Assembly: GCF_963921235.1 (NCBI RefSeq)
Contig: NC_086097.1
Coordinates: 56,854,001 to 56,918,000, forward strand
Reading direction: 5' to 3'
Origin: Mobula hypostoma
Lineage: Eukaryota
DNA length: 64,000 nt
Part shown: positions 37,601 through 49,210 of the stretch, piece by piece
Layout: each line of letters starts with the position of its first letter
How positions within the stretch are numbered: position 1 is the stretch's first letter
Made by a program: the position numbers and the translations under genes
The notes under the pieces: generated by a model
The model's input: the letters and a program-made list of their open reading frames with translations, nothing else
Database searches by the model: none
Told to the model about the DNA's origin: nothing

Positions 37601-38353
37601 GTTGACATGACTTGAAATTGGGCACACTATGCTTAATTATTCATTGTATCTTGGGGAAACATCATTCTGGGTTGTATAGATCTTGTCATCATTATGAAAT
37701 GAAGATATATTATTACAGTGTGAAGCATATAAGGTTGAAAGAAATCAAATGCAGGCTTCATTACAATCTTTGGGACTTGATAGTTTTCATTTAAAAAAAT
37801 TGTTAAGTTATGGGCATTACTTTAATTCACAGTATCATTTTTCACTACTTACAATCTATAGGGTTTTCTGGGGTAATTTAGCTTTCATTTGAAGAAAGTA
37901 TTAAGGGTTTTCCCCCAATTCTCTACATCACACTCCAGTCCAGTTGGTGGTGGTAATGCACCTTTATGTTGGATTGCCAACCGCCATTAAAAGTCAGAAG
38001 AAGGTCAGTTATTGTTCAAACCAAACCTTAAAATGGAAGAAATATGATCTAAGTGACTGAGTGTAGAATGATTGTTGGTGCCAGATGAGGTGGTTTGAGT
38101 ATCTCAGAAGCTGGTGATTTCCTGGGATTTTCCACACAATGGTCTCTACAGTTTACAGAGAATTGTGCTAAAAACATCCAGTGAGCAGCAGCTCTGTGGG
38201 CATAAATGCCTTCTTAATGAGAGAGGTCAGAGGAAAATGGTCAGACTGGTTCAAACTAACAGTAACTCAGATAACCAGTGGTGTGCAGAAGAGGATAAGC
38301 TGTAGTAGACCAGAGAGGGTTCACTCTGAACCTGATAAAGTGGCTACTGAGTG
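34607..38353 (+). mobile_element. Tc1-like non-autonomous DNA transposon (34607-34730 and 38003-38353)
   Basis: TIRs actcaatggcacctttattagg / cctgataaagtggctactgagtg-TA. Confidence 0.7.
34731..38002 (+). mobile_element. RNase H-bearing I-group (Nimb-like) LINE, decayed
   Basis: SDHFP, FDIEK, YADD, WIPAHRAVEGNERVDYLAK; (gaa) tail; 8-bp TSD ggtcagtt. Confidence 0.82.
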
Positions 38354-39733
38354 TAGATAGATTGAGTGAGTGGGCTAAACATTAGCAAATAGAGTTTAAT
38401 GTGGGGAATGTGGTGAAATATGAGGTTATGCACTTTGATAAGGGAAATCTAAAAGCAAGTATCTAAATAGTGATAAGAGTATAAAGCAAGTTAAATACAG
38501 AGAGATCAAGGTACAGTGTTCTTGTGTCTGAAGCACAAAAAATCTAACAGGCAGGTCCAACAAATAGTGAAGAATGGAAATGGTGTTTTTCCTTCTTTTC
38601 AAAGGGGTTGAAGTTTTGGAACAAGATAATTTTGTTGCAATTGCACAGGGTGTTGAAGTTCTACCTAGAATATTGTTTTGGTTTCTTTACCTAAAAAAAA
38701 AGTTTAAATATTACAGGACATACTAAGGAAACTCATTAGTCTAATTCCTGGAATAAGAGGACTTACAGATAAAAAGTGACAAAACAATTTGGGCCTGTAT
38801 ACCTTGGAGTTTAAAAAAATGAGGTGAGCTTATTCAAACATAAATTATCTTAAAGTGGCCCAACAGCATAGTTATTTCAATATTTTTCACTACTGGAAGA
38901 GTCTTAAAGACGTCGTAATTAGAAGTGCCATTTAAAACTGAGGCACAGAAATTCTTCCATCAGAGTACTACCTAGATTATTATAAATACTTAAAATGGAG
39001 GTGACTAACTACTTGACAGGTCGAGAAATAGAGGTTTGGAGAACTCTCACAGAAGAGAAATAGATATCAGATGTTATCATAGTAAATAGTGACGCAGGCT
39101 TTATGGGCCCGATGTCCTATTGCTGCTCCTATTTTCTTGTGTTCATGAATGAAAACGAAGACGCAGTAACACCAGCAATTTCTGGGAGGAAATAAGTATC
39201 GTTTAGAAATCCGAACTAGATTTTTCTGAAACAAAATGCAGTTAGAACCCTGCAAGTCAGGCAGTAGGGGAATAAACAGTCAACGTTTCTGGCCGAGGCA
39301 CTTCATCAAGACTGTTTTCATTTCTCTCCACAGATGCTGCCTGATTCTCAAAGTTCTTCCAGCATTCTGTGCGCATTGCTGCAGATTTACCGCATCTCTG
39401 CTGTCTCAGATTTCTCTGAAACAAGGATACCTGCCTGTAAGGTTGTCTAGTTCTCATCGACTGACAATCTTATTCATAAAATTGACTACAAGAAATTGAA
39501 TGCAGTCAGTACATTTTCTTCCAGAAGATTTCAAACCATCGCAAGCACTTTGTCCCGACCTGGGATTTCCTCCCGTCAGGCGTCAGTTCGGCCCCAGCGT
39601 GTGCGTGCTGTTAATAGGCTCGGGGGTTTGCGGCCCGCGTCCAATCAGAATGCATGTTATTGGTGAAGCGGTCGGACCGGTGGAAAGGGAAGCGGCGGTT
39701 TGAGTTAGATTCTTGTTATATTCTTGGTCCGGA

Positions 39734-39754
39734 ATGAGCTCCATTGGTACCGGG
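39734..39754 (+). CDS. PSMA3: PSMA3 exon 1 coding part (MSSIGTG)
   Basis: ATG AGC TCC ATT GGT ACC GGG|gtgagt within a CpG island. Confidence 0.95.
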
Positions 39755-40030
39755 GTGAGTAGATGGGCACGGTGGGTTTATTTGGGATGCAATTGAGCCG
39801 TCTAGCAGGGAAATGGTTTTGAGAGTTGGGTGTGGGGGTTGATAATTGGGGTTTGGGCCTGCCGTGGGCATGGCTGCACGGTGCTGGGCCCTGGGCAACC
39901 GGGCTTCCCCGGACTCTCACTGCGGTTCTGTTCGTAGTAACGCGGCAGACACCGGCAGATCGGGGAGTCGGGCACCGCAGATAACTTGGCTGTGGACTTG
40001 ACCCGATTGTCGCGATTCTGCGAATGAAGT

Positions 40031-40068
40031 TGCTGAGTCACTTAAAGGTCCGTGATGAAAGCGAAAGT
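40031..40068. promoter_or_regulatory. ARE/NF-E2 site (TGCTGAGTCAC, 40031-40041) plus IRF element (GAAAGCGAAAGT, 40057-40068) in PSMA3 intron 1
   Basis: Both are exact matches to established consensus motifs; function is inferred. Confidence 0.6.
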
Positions 40069-41796
40069 GAGGACATGGACTCGGCTTCGGTGATGAAGCT
40101 AAGCAGCAAATTATTGCTGAGTTTGTGAACAGGGTGGAGAAGGCGAACTAATGTTGAACTGATGTAAATTTCATGTTGAAAATTCTGCTTCCCGAAATCT
40201 ATTCGTGTTTAAAAATTCACAGGAGTGTCGATGGCATTTGTTTATGTACATTCTACGTTGATAGATTCATTTTTATAGCCCAGTTTATTGTGACAACTAA
40301 ACATCTGTATTTTAAAAATATATACATTCCCAATTTTATATGTTACCAGTTTTTTCCCCACTTGTGTTGGACGTCATTTATGGAATTTTCGTCATCATTC
40401 GTTAGGCACTGACAAAGGTCGATAATACTGTTGCATGGAACAGTGTACAAAATTACATTTTTAAAAATCTTGAAAGAAGGGATTCAGCTGACTCTGCAAG
40501 CATAATTTTCTCTGGTCCCTCTCCCTATAGAACTACACTTTTCTCCTCTTAGGTTCTCAGTTTTCTTGTGAATACCTTAATGAATCTAATTCTGCAACAT
40601 CACTTATGATGGATTCCAGATTCTGAACACTTGTATTAGATTGATCTTCAACTTATAATTAATTTCTTAATGTAAAACTAATTTGCCTGTATTTTTAGTT
40701 TCAAAGTAAATCGATGTTGTCTGACTGACAAATGGTACATACTGGAATATTATAGTATTTGTTTCAATAGTATGTAGAAATGTGCTTAGCTGGGAATTTG
40801 AAAATTGGAATAGCATTATCTGTTTGAGTAAGGAAGGTATTTCGTGCAGAGGAAAAAGGGAGCTTCAATTCAGAACCAAGATCCAGTGTTTGCATGTGCA
40901 GAGGCTGATCTTCGATGTTGATTTATTTGCTCCATAGAAGAGAACAGGCCTTGCCCTAAGCATTTCAAAATAAAGTTCCTTAGTGAACCTGTTCCCACAG
41001 TATAACTTTTACAAAAATAACATTTGCATTGGTACCTTGGTGATTGGAGGTACTGATGTGTTGTCATGGAAGCCAATTTCTTGGTGAAGGCCAACATTGA
41101 TGAAGCAGTTTCACTCATCTCTACAATGATGAAGTGCTTTGAGAGGTTGGTTATGGCTAGAATCAATCCCTGCCTAAGCAAGGACCTGGACCCACTGCAA
41201 TTTGCTTTTGCCACTTTAGGTTTACAGCAGATGCAATCTTACTGGCTTTCTACTCGGCCTTGGATTACTTGGACAATTGTAATGCCTATGTCTGGCTGCT
41301 GTTTTTTGATTACAGCTCAGCGTTCAACGCAATCATACCTTCAGTTCTAATCAGTCAGCTCTAAAACCTGGGCCTTTGTACCTCCCTTTACAACTGGATC
41401 CTTGACTTCCTCATCAGAAGACCACAGTCTGTGTAGATCGGAAATGACATCTCCTCCTTGCAGTCGATACTGGCATACCTCAAGGATGTGTGCTTAGCCC
41501 ACTGCTCTACTCTTTCTACACCGACTGTGTGGCTAGGCATAGCTCAAACACCATCTGTAAATTTTGCCAATGACACAAGTATTATTGGTAGAATTTCAGA
41601 GTGACAGGGAGGCGTACAGGAGCAAGATAGATCAGCTGGTTGAGTGGTCAACAGCAAATCTTGCACTCAACATCAGTAAGACCAAGGAATTGATTATGGA
41701 CTTCAGGAAGAGGAAGTCGAGGGAACACCTACCAGTCTTCATCAAGGGATCACCAGTGGAAAGGGGGAGCAGTGTCAAGTTCCTGGGTGTCAACAT

Positions 41797-42067
41797 GGGC
41801 ACCGTGGTAGCGTAGCGGTTAGTGGGACACTATTACACTTCCAGGTGTCGGAGTTTGAAGCTCAATTCTGATGACATCTGTAAGAAGTCTGTACATCCCC
41901 TCAGTGGGATGTATGGATTTTTTCCGGCTGCTCTGGTTTCCTCCCACAGTCCAAAGATATTCTGGTTAGCTGGTCATGGTAAATTCTCCCATGATTAGGC
42001 TCGGGTTAAAATGGAGTTTGCTGGGTGGCACGGCTTGAAGGGTCTGTTCCATGCTGTATCTCAAAAT
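41797..42067 (+). mobile_element. tRNA-derived V-SINE (HE1-like) with CR1-type tail; tail resumes at 47664-47684
   Basis: A-box tggtagcgtagcgg; V-domain ctctggtttcctcccacagtccaaaga. Confidence 0.8.
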
Positions 42068-42230
42068 CAGGGGTTCTTAACCTTTTTTATGCCATGGGCC
42101 CCTTCTCAGAGTAATGTATTTAAATATATCAAATAAATATATAGGATACAAAAGAAATCAATTATATTGAAATATGGGGAACAACATTTTTTCTTTTCTT
42201 TTTTCAATATTTTTATTGATTTTAGGAATA

Positions 42231-43487
42231 CAGGTTTCCCCTGCCATCCGAAGGTAGAGCGTTCCTATGAAACGGTTCGTAAGCCGAAATGTCGTAAAGC
42301 AAAGAAGCAATTACCATTTATTTATATGGGAAAATTTTGTGAGTGTTCGCGGACCCAAAAATAACCTACCAAATCATGCCAAATAACACATAAAACCTAA
42401 AATAACAGTAACATTTAGTAAAAGCAGGAATGATATGATAATTACACAGCCTATATAAAGTAGAAATACTTTTCCACAATCATTACTGAACTGTTCTCCT
42501 TAGCGAAAATCTCACGCAAGCGCCATCGGCTGAAAATCTCACGCAAGCACTGTTGGCAAAAACACGGCGCAAGCGCTCTCCAGTAACCTTTAAGCTATGA
42601 AGCTGCCAAATCATACCAAATAACATGATTGTGCCGTCTCTGATCTGGGCCGACAATTACATGTTGGGCGGCACCTAATTAATTAGCATGTTTATTTTGG
42701 CTTTTTTCTTAAAGATGTGCTGTGTGCCTCCCGTCTACCTTTGCATTCTCCGCGAATCAGTATCTCTCCGTGGCCTGGAGGTTGGGGTGGTGGGACACTG
42801 GGGTGTCATCTCATCATCGTCTGTTTCCATTAGGGCAGGCAGGTCATCTTCTATCTCTGCCTGCCTCAATTTCGAAGGTCGAGGTGCGTCGTCTGCTGTG
42901 GCTGATGTAGAAGGCTTGCTTGACTGCTGAGCCTCGAGCATTTTTCTATCATGCAGTTCTTTGTAAGGACTCAAACCATCCTGCAAATATCCCCTAAACT
43001 GACGTACCCTTTCAAAATTAAAGTCGTACTTTATCATTACTCATTCGGTTTCGATTGTTATCCTTTTTTCTTCCAATTACATCAGCTCTTCATCTATCAG
43101 ATCTTGGTCATGGGATGCCAAAACCTCTTCAACATCATGTTCGTCAGCTTCCACAAGCCAAACTCACTTTGTCCTTACTTCGTTCACCACGATCGAAATG
43201 CTTAATTATGTCTAGTCTTACGCTAGGTGTAACACCCTTATGATCTCTTTTAGGCTTTTTCAATACCATAGAACTCATCTTGCAAATGACTGCTCACAGG
43301 CATGTGTTTAAGCAATGCCGGCGAGAATGCAGTTCCGAATCCGGGGCGCGCGGCTGCTCGGGGCGCACGCTGATTTTTTTTCGTAACAGTGAAAACACCT
43401 TCTGAAAGCGAAAACAGGGTACTAATGTAGGTCTTGCGTAACAGTGAGGTTTCGTAAAGCGAGCATTCGTAAAGCGAGGGGCACCTG
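42231..43487 (-). mobile_element. Tigger/pogo-like DNA transposon, internally deleted
   Basis: TA flanks, CAGGT TIRs, remnants RLDIIKHFDRGE and LSPYKELHDRK. Confidence 0.82.
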
Positions 43488-44770
43488 TACAGAGTCCAAG
43501 AGAATACATATTATAAAACAAAAGAAAAAATATAATAATACCAGGTACAGTATATTGAATCACATTAACGAACTCCTTACTCTATATTCATATAGATTAG
43601 ATTAATTAGTGTATTAGAATATAAACAATTTTATTTTTAAAAAAATCTACACCCACTACCAAAGTCGAAGCTGTTTGGGGGGAAAAAAGAAAAAAAGAAC
43701 TTATCAGATAATAAAATATACTATTAGCCAACTTCTGTACTTTAACAAGAAGTCAAAGGTTATGAAAATAATTTTAAAAAGGCCATAACATCTTGTAACC
43801 ACTGAGCATGATTAGGTGGAACAGCATCCTTCCATTTAAACAAAAGTGCCCTTCTAGCCATAAGAAAGATAAAAACCAGAATGTGCAGATCAGATGTCTT
43901 CAAAATGATATCTTTCCTTCCAGCAACACCAAATAGGGCAGTCAAAGGATTAGGCTTAAAATTTACTTTAAAGGGTACAGAAAAAGTTTGGAATACTTCC
44001 TTCCAATATTTTCCAAGACTTGGACATGTCCAAAACATATGAATAAATGAAGCTTCTCCATTGTTACATCTATCACAGTAGGGAGATATATCCATATAAA
44101 AATGAGATAACTTATCCATGGTCATATAAGCCCTATGAACCACTTTAAATTGTAGGAGGGAATGACGAGGACATAACGATGAAGTATTAATCGATTTAAA
44201 AATCTCATTCCAAGTTTCTTCAGAAATTGAGGGCTGTAAGTCTTGTTCCGAAAGATTTTCAATTTTGTCTAAAGAATAATTTCTCATTCCCAACAACATA
44301 TCATAAATACTGGATATTGAACTATTATAGAATGATTGCATATTAAGAATTTCATCTAATACGTATATGAGATCGCAGAAAATCCCTAATATGTAAGTAC
44401 CAAAAAAAAAGGGTTTTTAGTAAATTATATTTAGTTGACAATTTTTCGAACGAAGAAAGATTTCTTCCCACAAACAAATCCCGGAAACATGTAATGCCCA
44501 ATCTTTCCCATTGTTTAAAAACTACATCAGCCATAGAAGGCTTAAAAAAAAATTTTTAAAACTGGGACTAGAAAGGGAAAATCCCAATAAACCAAAATGT
44601 TTCTAAATTGTATCCAAATCCTCCAAGTATGTTTGACTACCACATTTTCAGTTCTTACTTAAGGATAAAAGAAGTGAAGATCCCAAAAGGGAGATGATAG
44701 AAAATTTATTAACCGAGTTAGCTTCTGAAGAAACCCCCCTAGGACAGTCCTCGTGATTAATATAGTATAA

Positions 44771-44997
44771 CTGCAGTGAGATCAGCTCTGGACTTGGGAG
44801 CAAAGGTTCCCGAGTTTGAATCCAGGTCAGGCCACCCCCGAGCACGCTTTTCATCCGTGCTGGGTTGAGTGTCGAGCTAGCCGCTTGGCCTCGTAAAAAA
44901 AAATACAGGGGTCGTGTCAGGAATGTTCATAACGTGACCCTGACACCACATGCCAGACGAGAATGGCTGAATGTCTGGTATGACACACTTAAAAAAG
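44771..44997 (+). mobile_element. tRNA-headed SINE with RTE-like body inserted in L1 ORF2
   Basis: B-box gagtttgaatcc (44812-44823); gggttgag..gagctag..cctcgtaaaaa; interrupts the L1 frame. Confidence 0.55.
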
Positions 44998-47900
44998 AAC
45001 CAAAACATGAGATTCCGTATATTAGCTGCCCAGTAATAAAACCTAAAATTTGGTAAAGCTAAACCTCCATTCTTGTTAACTTTCTGGAGACGGACTTTAT
45101 TTAATTGAGAATGTTTATTTTTCCATATGTAGGAGGATAAAATAGAGTCCACAGAAAAGGATTTAGGAATAAAAATGAGTAATGCCTGAAAGAGGTATAT
45201 AAATTTAGGTAAAACATTCATTTTAATAGAATTAATTCGACCAATCAATGATAACAAGAGGGGCGACCAATTTGATAATGTTCTTTTTATATAATTTAAT
45301 AAAGTAAGAAAATTTTCTTTAAATAAGTATTTATAATTCTTAGTAATTATTACACCCAAATAAGTGAATTGGTTTCTTACAATTTTAAAAGGAAGGTTAA
45401 TATCAGTTAATAGCAAATTATTCAAAGGAAAAAGTTCACTCTTGTGTAGGTTCAGTTTACATCCAGAAAATTGACTAAAACAAGATAGTAAAAAAAAAAG
45501 CACAGAAGGTAATGAAGTTTCAACATTAGAAATGTAGAGCAATATCATCCGCGTAAAGTGAAACTTTGTGGATAGGCCCTTCCGTTAAATACCAGTGATA
45601 TCATTAGATTCTCAAAAAGCAATAGCTAAAGGTTCTAAAGCCAGGTCAAAAAGCAAAGGACTCAAAGTGCAACCTTGTCTGGTTCCACGTTGAAGTTTAA
45701 ATGGTTTAGAATTCTGAGAATTAGTAAGAACCCGAGCAAAAGGAGATAAATACAGTAATTTAAAGTTGGACCCAAAATTAAATTTTTCTAGGATTTTAAA
45801 TAAATAATGCCATTCAACCCGATCAAAAGCTTTCTCAGCGTCTAAGGATATCACACACTCCGATATCTCCTTCAGAAGAAGAATAAATAACATTTAATAG
45901 TCGACGAATATTAAAATGAGAATATCGATTTTTAATTAAACCAGTCTGATCATCAGAAATGATAGATGGTAAGATATTTTCCATCCTACGGGCCAGAACT
46001 TTAGATAAAATTTTAGCATCAACATTAAGTAAGGAAATTGGTCTGTATGAAGAACATTCAGTTGGGTTCTTATTTTTTTTTAAGGATAAGTGAAATAGAA
46101 GCTTCATAAAAGATTGCAGCAACCTACCTGACTTAAAAGAATCTGAAAAAACTGAACATAAATGAGGTATAAGCAAAGAAGAAAAAGCCATATAAAATTC
46201 TCCAGAAAATCTGTCAGGACCTGAAGCTTTCCCTGAATGCAGTGAACGTACAGCCTTGGCTATTTTTTCATGAGAAATACATTGATCCAGCTGTTTTTGG
46301 TCATCAACTGAAAGCGTAGGGATATTTATTTGGTCTAAAAAATTATCCATTACAGTATTATCTTTAAGAAGATCAGAACTATAAAGTTTGGAATAATATT
46401 CTCTAAAAGTATCATTTATTTCTAAATAATCAGTTGTCCTAATACCGTTAGCTTTATAAGTTTCTTTAATCTGTCATTTAGCACTAGGAGTTTTAATTTG
46501 GTTAGCCAATAATTTACCTGTTTTATCTCCATGAATATAAAATTGACTTTTATCCTTTAGGAGTTGAGTTTCAATAGGGTACGTTGATTAAAAAACCATA
46601 TTTAGTTTTAATTTCAACCCATCTTTTATATAAAACAGGATCTAAAGTCAAAGCATATTCTTCATCTAATTGTTTCAGCTGATTGGCTAAATTAATTCTC
46701 TCTTTATTAGCTTTTCTCTTAACACTTGCAGTGTAAGAAATGATTTGTCCTCTAATATAAGCTTTAAAGGCATCCCATATGACGAGGATAGAAGTCTCCT
46801 CCACCGTATTCTCAAAATATTAAAAAAAATAAAATTTGTGATAGTAAGATATGTGCTTTAGTTACACATTAAATAACAAGACTACATTTTAAAATATAGG
46901 CAAGTTTAAAATTTAAATTTTAAAGACTTATCAGTGTGAAGTTATTAGTTTAATAAGAGCAATAAACTGTGAGGTGATCTTTGACAAAGCAACTTACATG
47001 TCATATTTACAAGGTGAAGATATACTTCTCTCAAGGAACACCAGAATTTTTGAAGGCTCTTTGAGTTAAACTGCAAGAAGTTTTTTTTTGTCCTAAAATC
47101 AATGACGTCACCTTTGGCTAGATTAACGTTGTCGATACATTTATATCAGAAAGAAAAGGATTGCGGATCCATGGTTGAACTTTAATGCCATCAAGATGGA
47201 AATAACTTTTGAAATAGTTCTAAAGTGTTTCCAGGTGTTCACAGATGTCTCGCTTCTAAGAAATTGACAGCGAATTTTGTTTCTCATCTCTATCTTGGTA
47301 AAGCACTTCTCCAGCATTTGAAAGTTTGCAAAGTGTTGGCCTCTACTCTCTGCTTCCATATTGGCAGCTAGACAAGAAAGATTGTAATTTTTCAGTAGCA
47401 TTGATAATGGTGACTTCACGACCTTGAATTGACAGATTTATTTCTTTCCCATGGTTAAAAATATCTGCCAGGTAAGCCAACCCATGGATACAGTCCTTTT
47501 TTTTTCCAAACCGTTCCAAGAGTGGGTTTTCTTTTTCTTTCAGAAAATGTGAAACTTCTGCCCTTGGTTAGAGGTTAGTGAAAGTAAAGATGTAAAATTT
47601 TTCTCCATTAAAATTCATGGGCTTCCAGAATCTATCCACAGACCCCCCTGTTAAGAACCCCTGCTCTAAATTAAATAGATAAACACCTCTGAGGATCTAT
47701 CCTGGGTCCAACATATTGATGCAGCAACAAAGAAGGCATGACAACAGCCATGTTTCATTAGGAGTTTGAGGAGACTTGGTAGGTAACCATAGACACTCAC
47801 AGATTTCTATAACTGTACTGTGTAAAGCATTCTAACTGATTGTATCACTGTCTGGTATGGAGGGGCCATGGCACTGGATCAGAGAAACCGGCAGAAAATT

Positions 47901-48384
47901 GTAAACTCGGTCAGCTCCCTCATGGGACACTTGCTGAAGAGTCTCGGCCCGAATTGTCGACTGTACACTTTTCCATAGATACTGCCTGGCCTGCTGAGTT
48001 CCTCCAGCATTTTGTGTGAGTTTCACAGAGGAAAGCTCTATTTCCATTCAGCCAGTTCTGGTTGGTGAGCTAAATCTTCTGCTGACTGATACTAGACTTC
48101 TAAATTAGATACTCCAGTACAGTGAGATGTCACTAGGAAGACAAAAAACTCTTCGAGGGTGTTTTTGTAGGCTCTTTGGAAATGTAATATCTTTCTGACT
48201 TAAAGCAATGTTTGGCCCATGAGTGATTACAAATGATAAATGAACATTGATAACCTTGAGTCTTTTCGTTAAGAACACGAAAACCTGGTGAAGAAATGTA
48301 ATATCTCCCATTGACCCAGTCATCCATCCTCTCCAACTGACACTTGCCCGTATTTTTGGCAGGGTCTGCACATTCCATGTAGGC

Positions 48385-48673
48385 ATCCTCGGTTTTTTTC
48401 CACCCTTCTGCCTTTTCCTTCTCCCTGGGCCTCCTGTCCTATGATCCTCTCATATCCCTTTTGCCAATCACCTGTCCAGCTCTTGGCTCCATCCCTCCCC
48501 CTCCTGTCTTCTCCCATCATTTTGGATCTCCCCCTCCCTCTCCCACTTTCAAATCTCTTACTAGCTCTTCCTTCAGTTAGTCCTGACGAAGGGTCTCGGC
48601 CCGAAATGTCGACTGTACCTCTTCCTAGAGATGCTGCCTGGCCTGCTGTGTTCACCAGCAACTTTGATGTGTG
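48385..48673 (+). mobile_element. Penelope-like 3' fragment with exact 12-bp TSD
   Basis: Reverse complement of 32950-33235; flanks ttccatgtaggc. Confidence 0.9.
48579..48614 (+). ncRNA. Minimal type I hammerhead ribozyme motif, sense to PSMA3 intron 1
   Basis: AGTC-CTGACGA-AGGGTCTCGGCCC-GAAA-TGTC^GACT. Confidence 0.6.
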
Positions 48674-48824
48674 TTCCATGTAGGCCTTGTCAGTTACTTC
48701 TATGCCCATAAAACTGGAATGGAATCAAATGACCTTCAGTCCCTGTGAAAAGAAAGGAAACTGGTAGGTAACATAGAAATTGATGGCACAGTCTGAAAAT
48801 TATAATATGCAAATACTTAAGTAT

Positions 48825-49210
48825 CTTGGAATCAGGTTGATTATCACTGGCTTATGTCATGAAATTTGTCATTTAGCTGCAGCAGTACAGTACATGAAAA
48901 TTACTGAAAGTTACAATAAATAGTGCAAAAAAGGAATAGCGAGTTTGTGTTCATGAACCATTCAGAAATCTGATGGTTGAGGGGAAGAGGTTGTTTCTAG
49001 AACGTTGAATGTGGATCCCATTCCTCACCTCTGATGGTATAATGAGAAGTGAGCATGACCCAGATGGTGATGAACGCCATCGTCTTGAGGCAGCAACCTT
49101 TGAAGATGTCTTCGATGGTGAGGAGTGTTGTGCCCATGGTAAAGTTGGCTGAATCTACAACCCTCTGCAGCCTCTTTTGATACTGCACATTGGAACCTCC
49201 ATATCTGGTC
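48825..49210 (-). mobile_element. Rex1/Babar-like LINE 3' fragment
   Basis: QKRLQRVVDSANFTMG. Confidence 0.8.

Larger units (their letters stand above)
34115..39150 (+). mobile_element. Old CR1 LINE (34115-34606 and 38356-39150) split by nested insertions
   Basis: RT remnants continue across the insert (ILQW / DRLSEWA). Confidence 0.75.
39570..40100 (+). promoter_or_regulatory. PSMA3 CpG-island promoter with two opposed CCAAT boxes
   Basis: High CpG density against a CpG-poor background; CCAAT at 39641-39645 and ATTGG at 39659-39663. Confidence 0.8.
42186..46803 (-). mobile_element. L1-clade LINE, 5'-truncated ORF2 and 3' UTR, decayed
   Basis: [50 protein letters not shown]; T-rich tail at 42187-42204. 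Confidence 0.92.
42068..47663 (-). mobile_element. hAT-Charlie (Charlie4-like) transposon, internally deleted; own sequence 42068-42172 and 46805-47663
   Basis: TIR caggggttcttaac / gttaagaacccctg; 8-bp TSD ctcaaaat/ctctaaat; transposase remnant LAYLADIFNH..INLSIQG and PWIRNPF on the minus strand. Confidence 0.88.
41110..47925 (+). mobile_element. Rex1/Babar-like LINE (41110-41796 and 47685-47925), outermost layer of a nest
   Basis: MKCFERLV..DLDPLQFA; KFLGVN resumes after the inserts. Confidence 0.85.

Noticed and set aside
41797-41880. Additional tRNA gene
   Set aside because: A/B-box-like head without a cloverleaf that continues into a SINE body.
47141-47419. L1 ORF1 or host-gene exon
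   Set aside because: Frameshifted hAT transposase remnant (LAYLADIF, WIRNPF).
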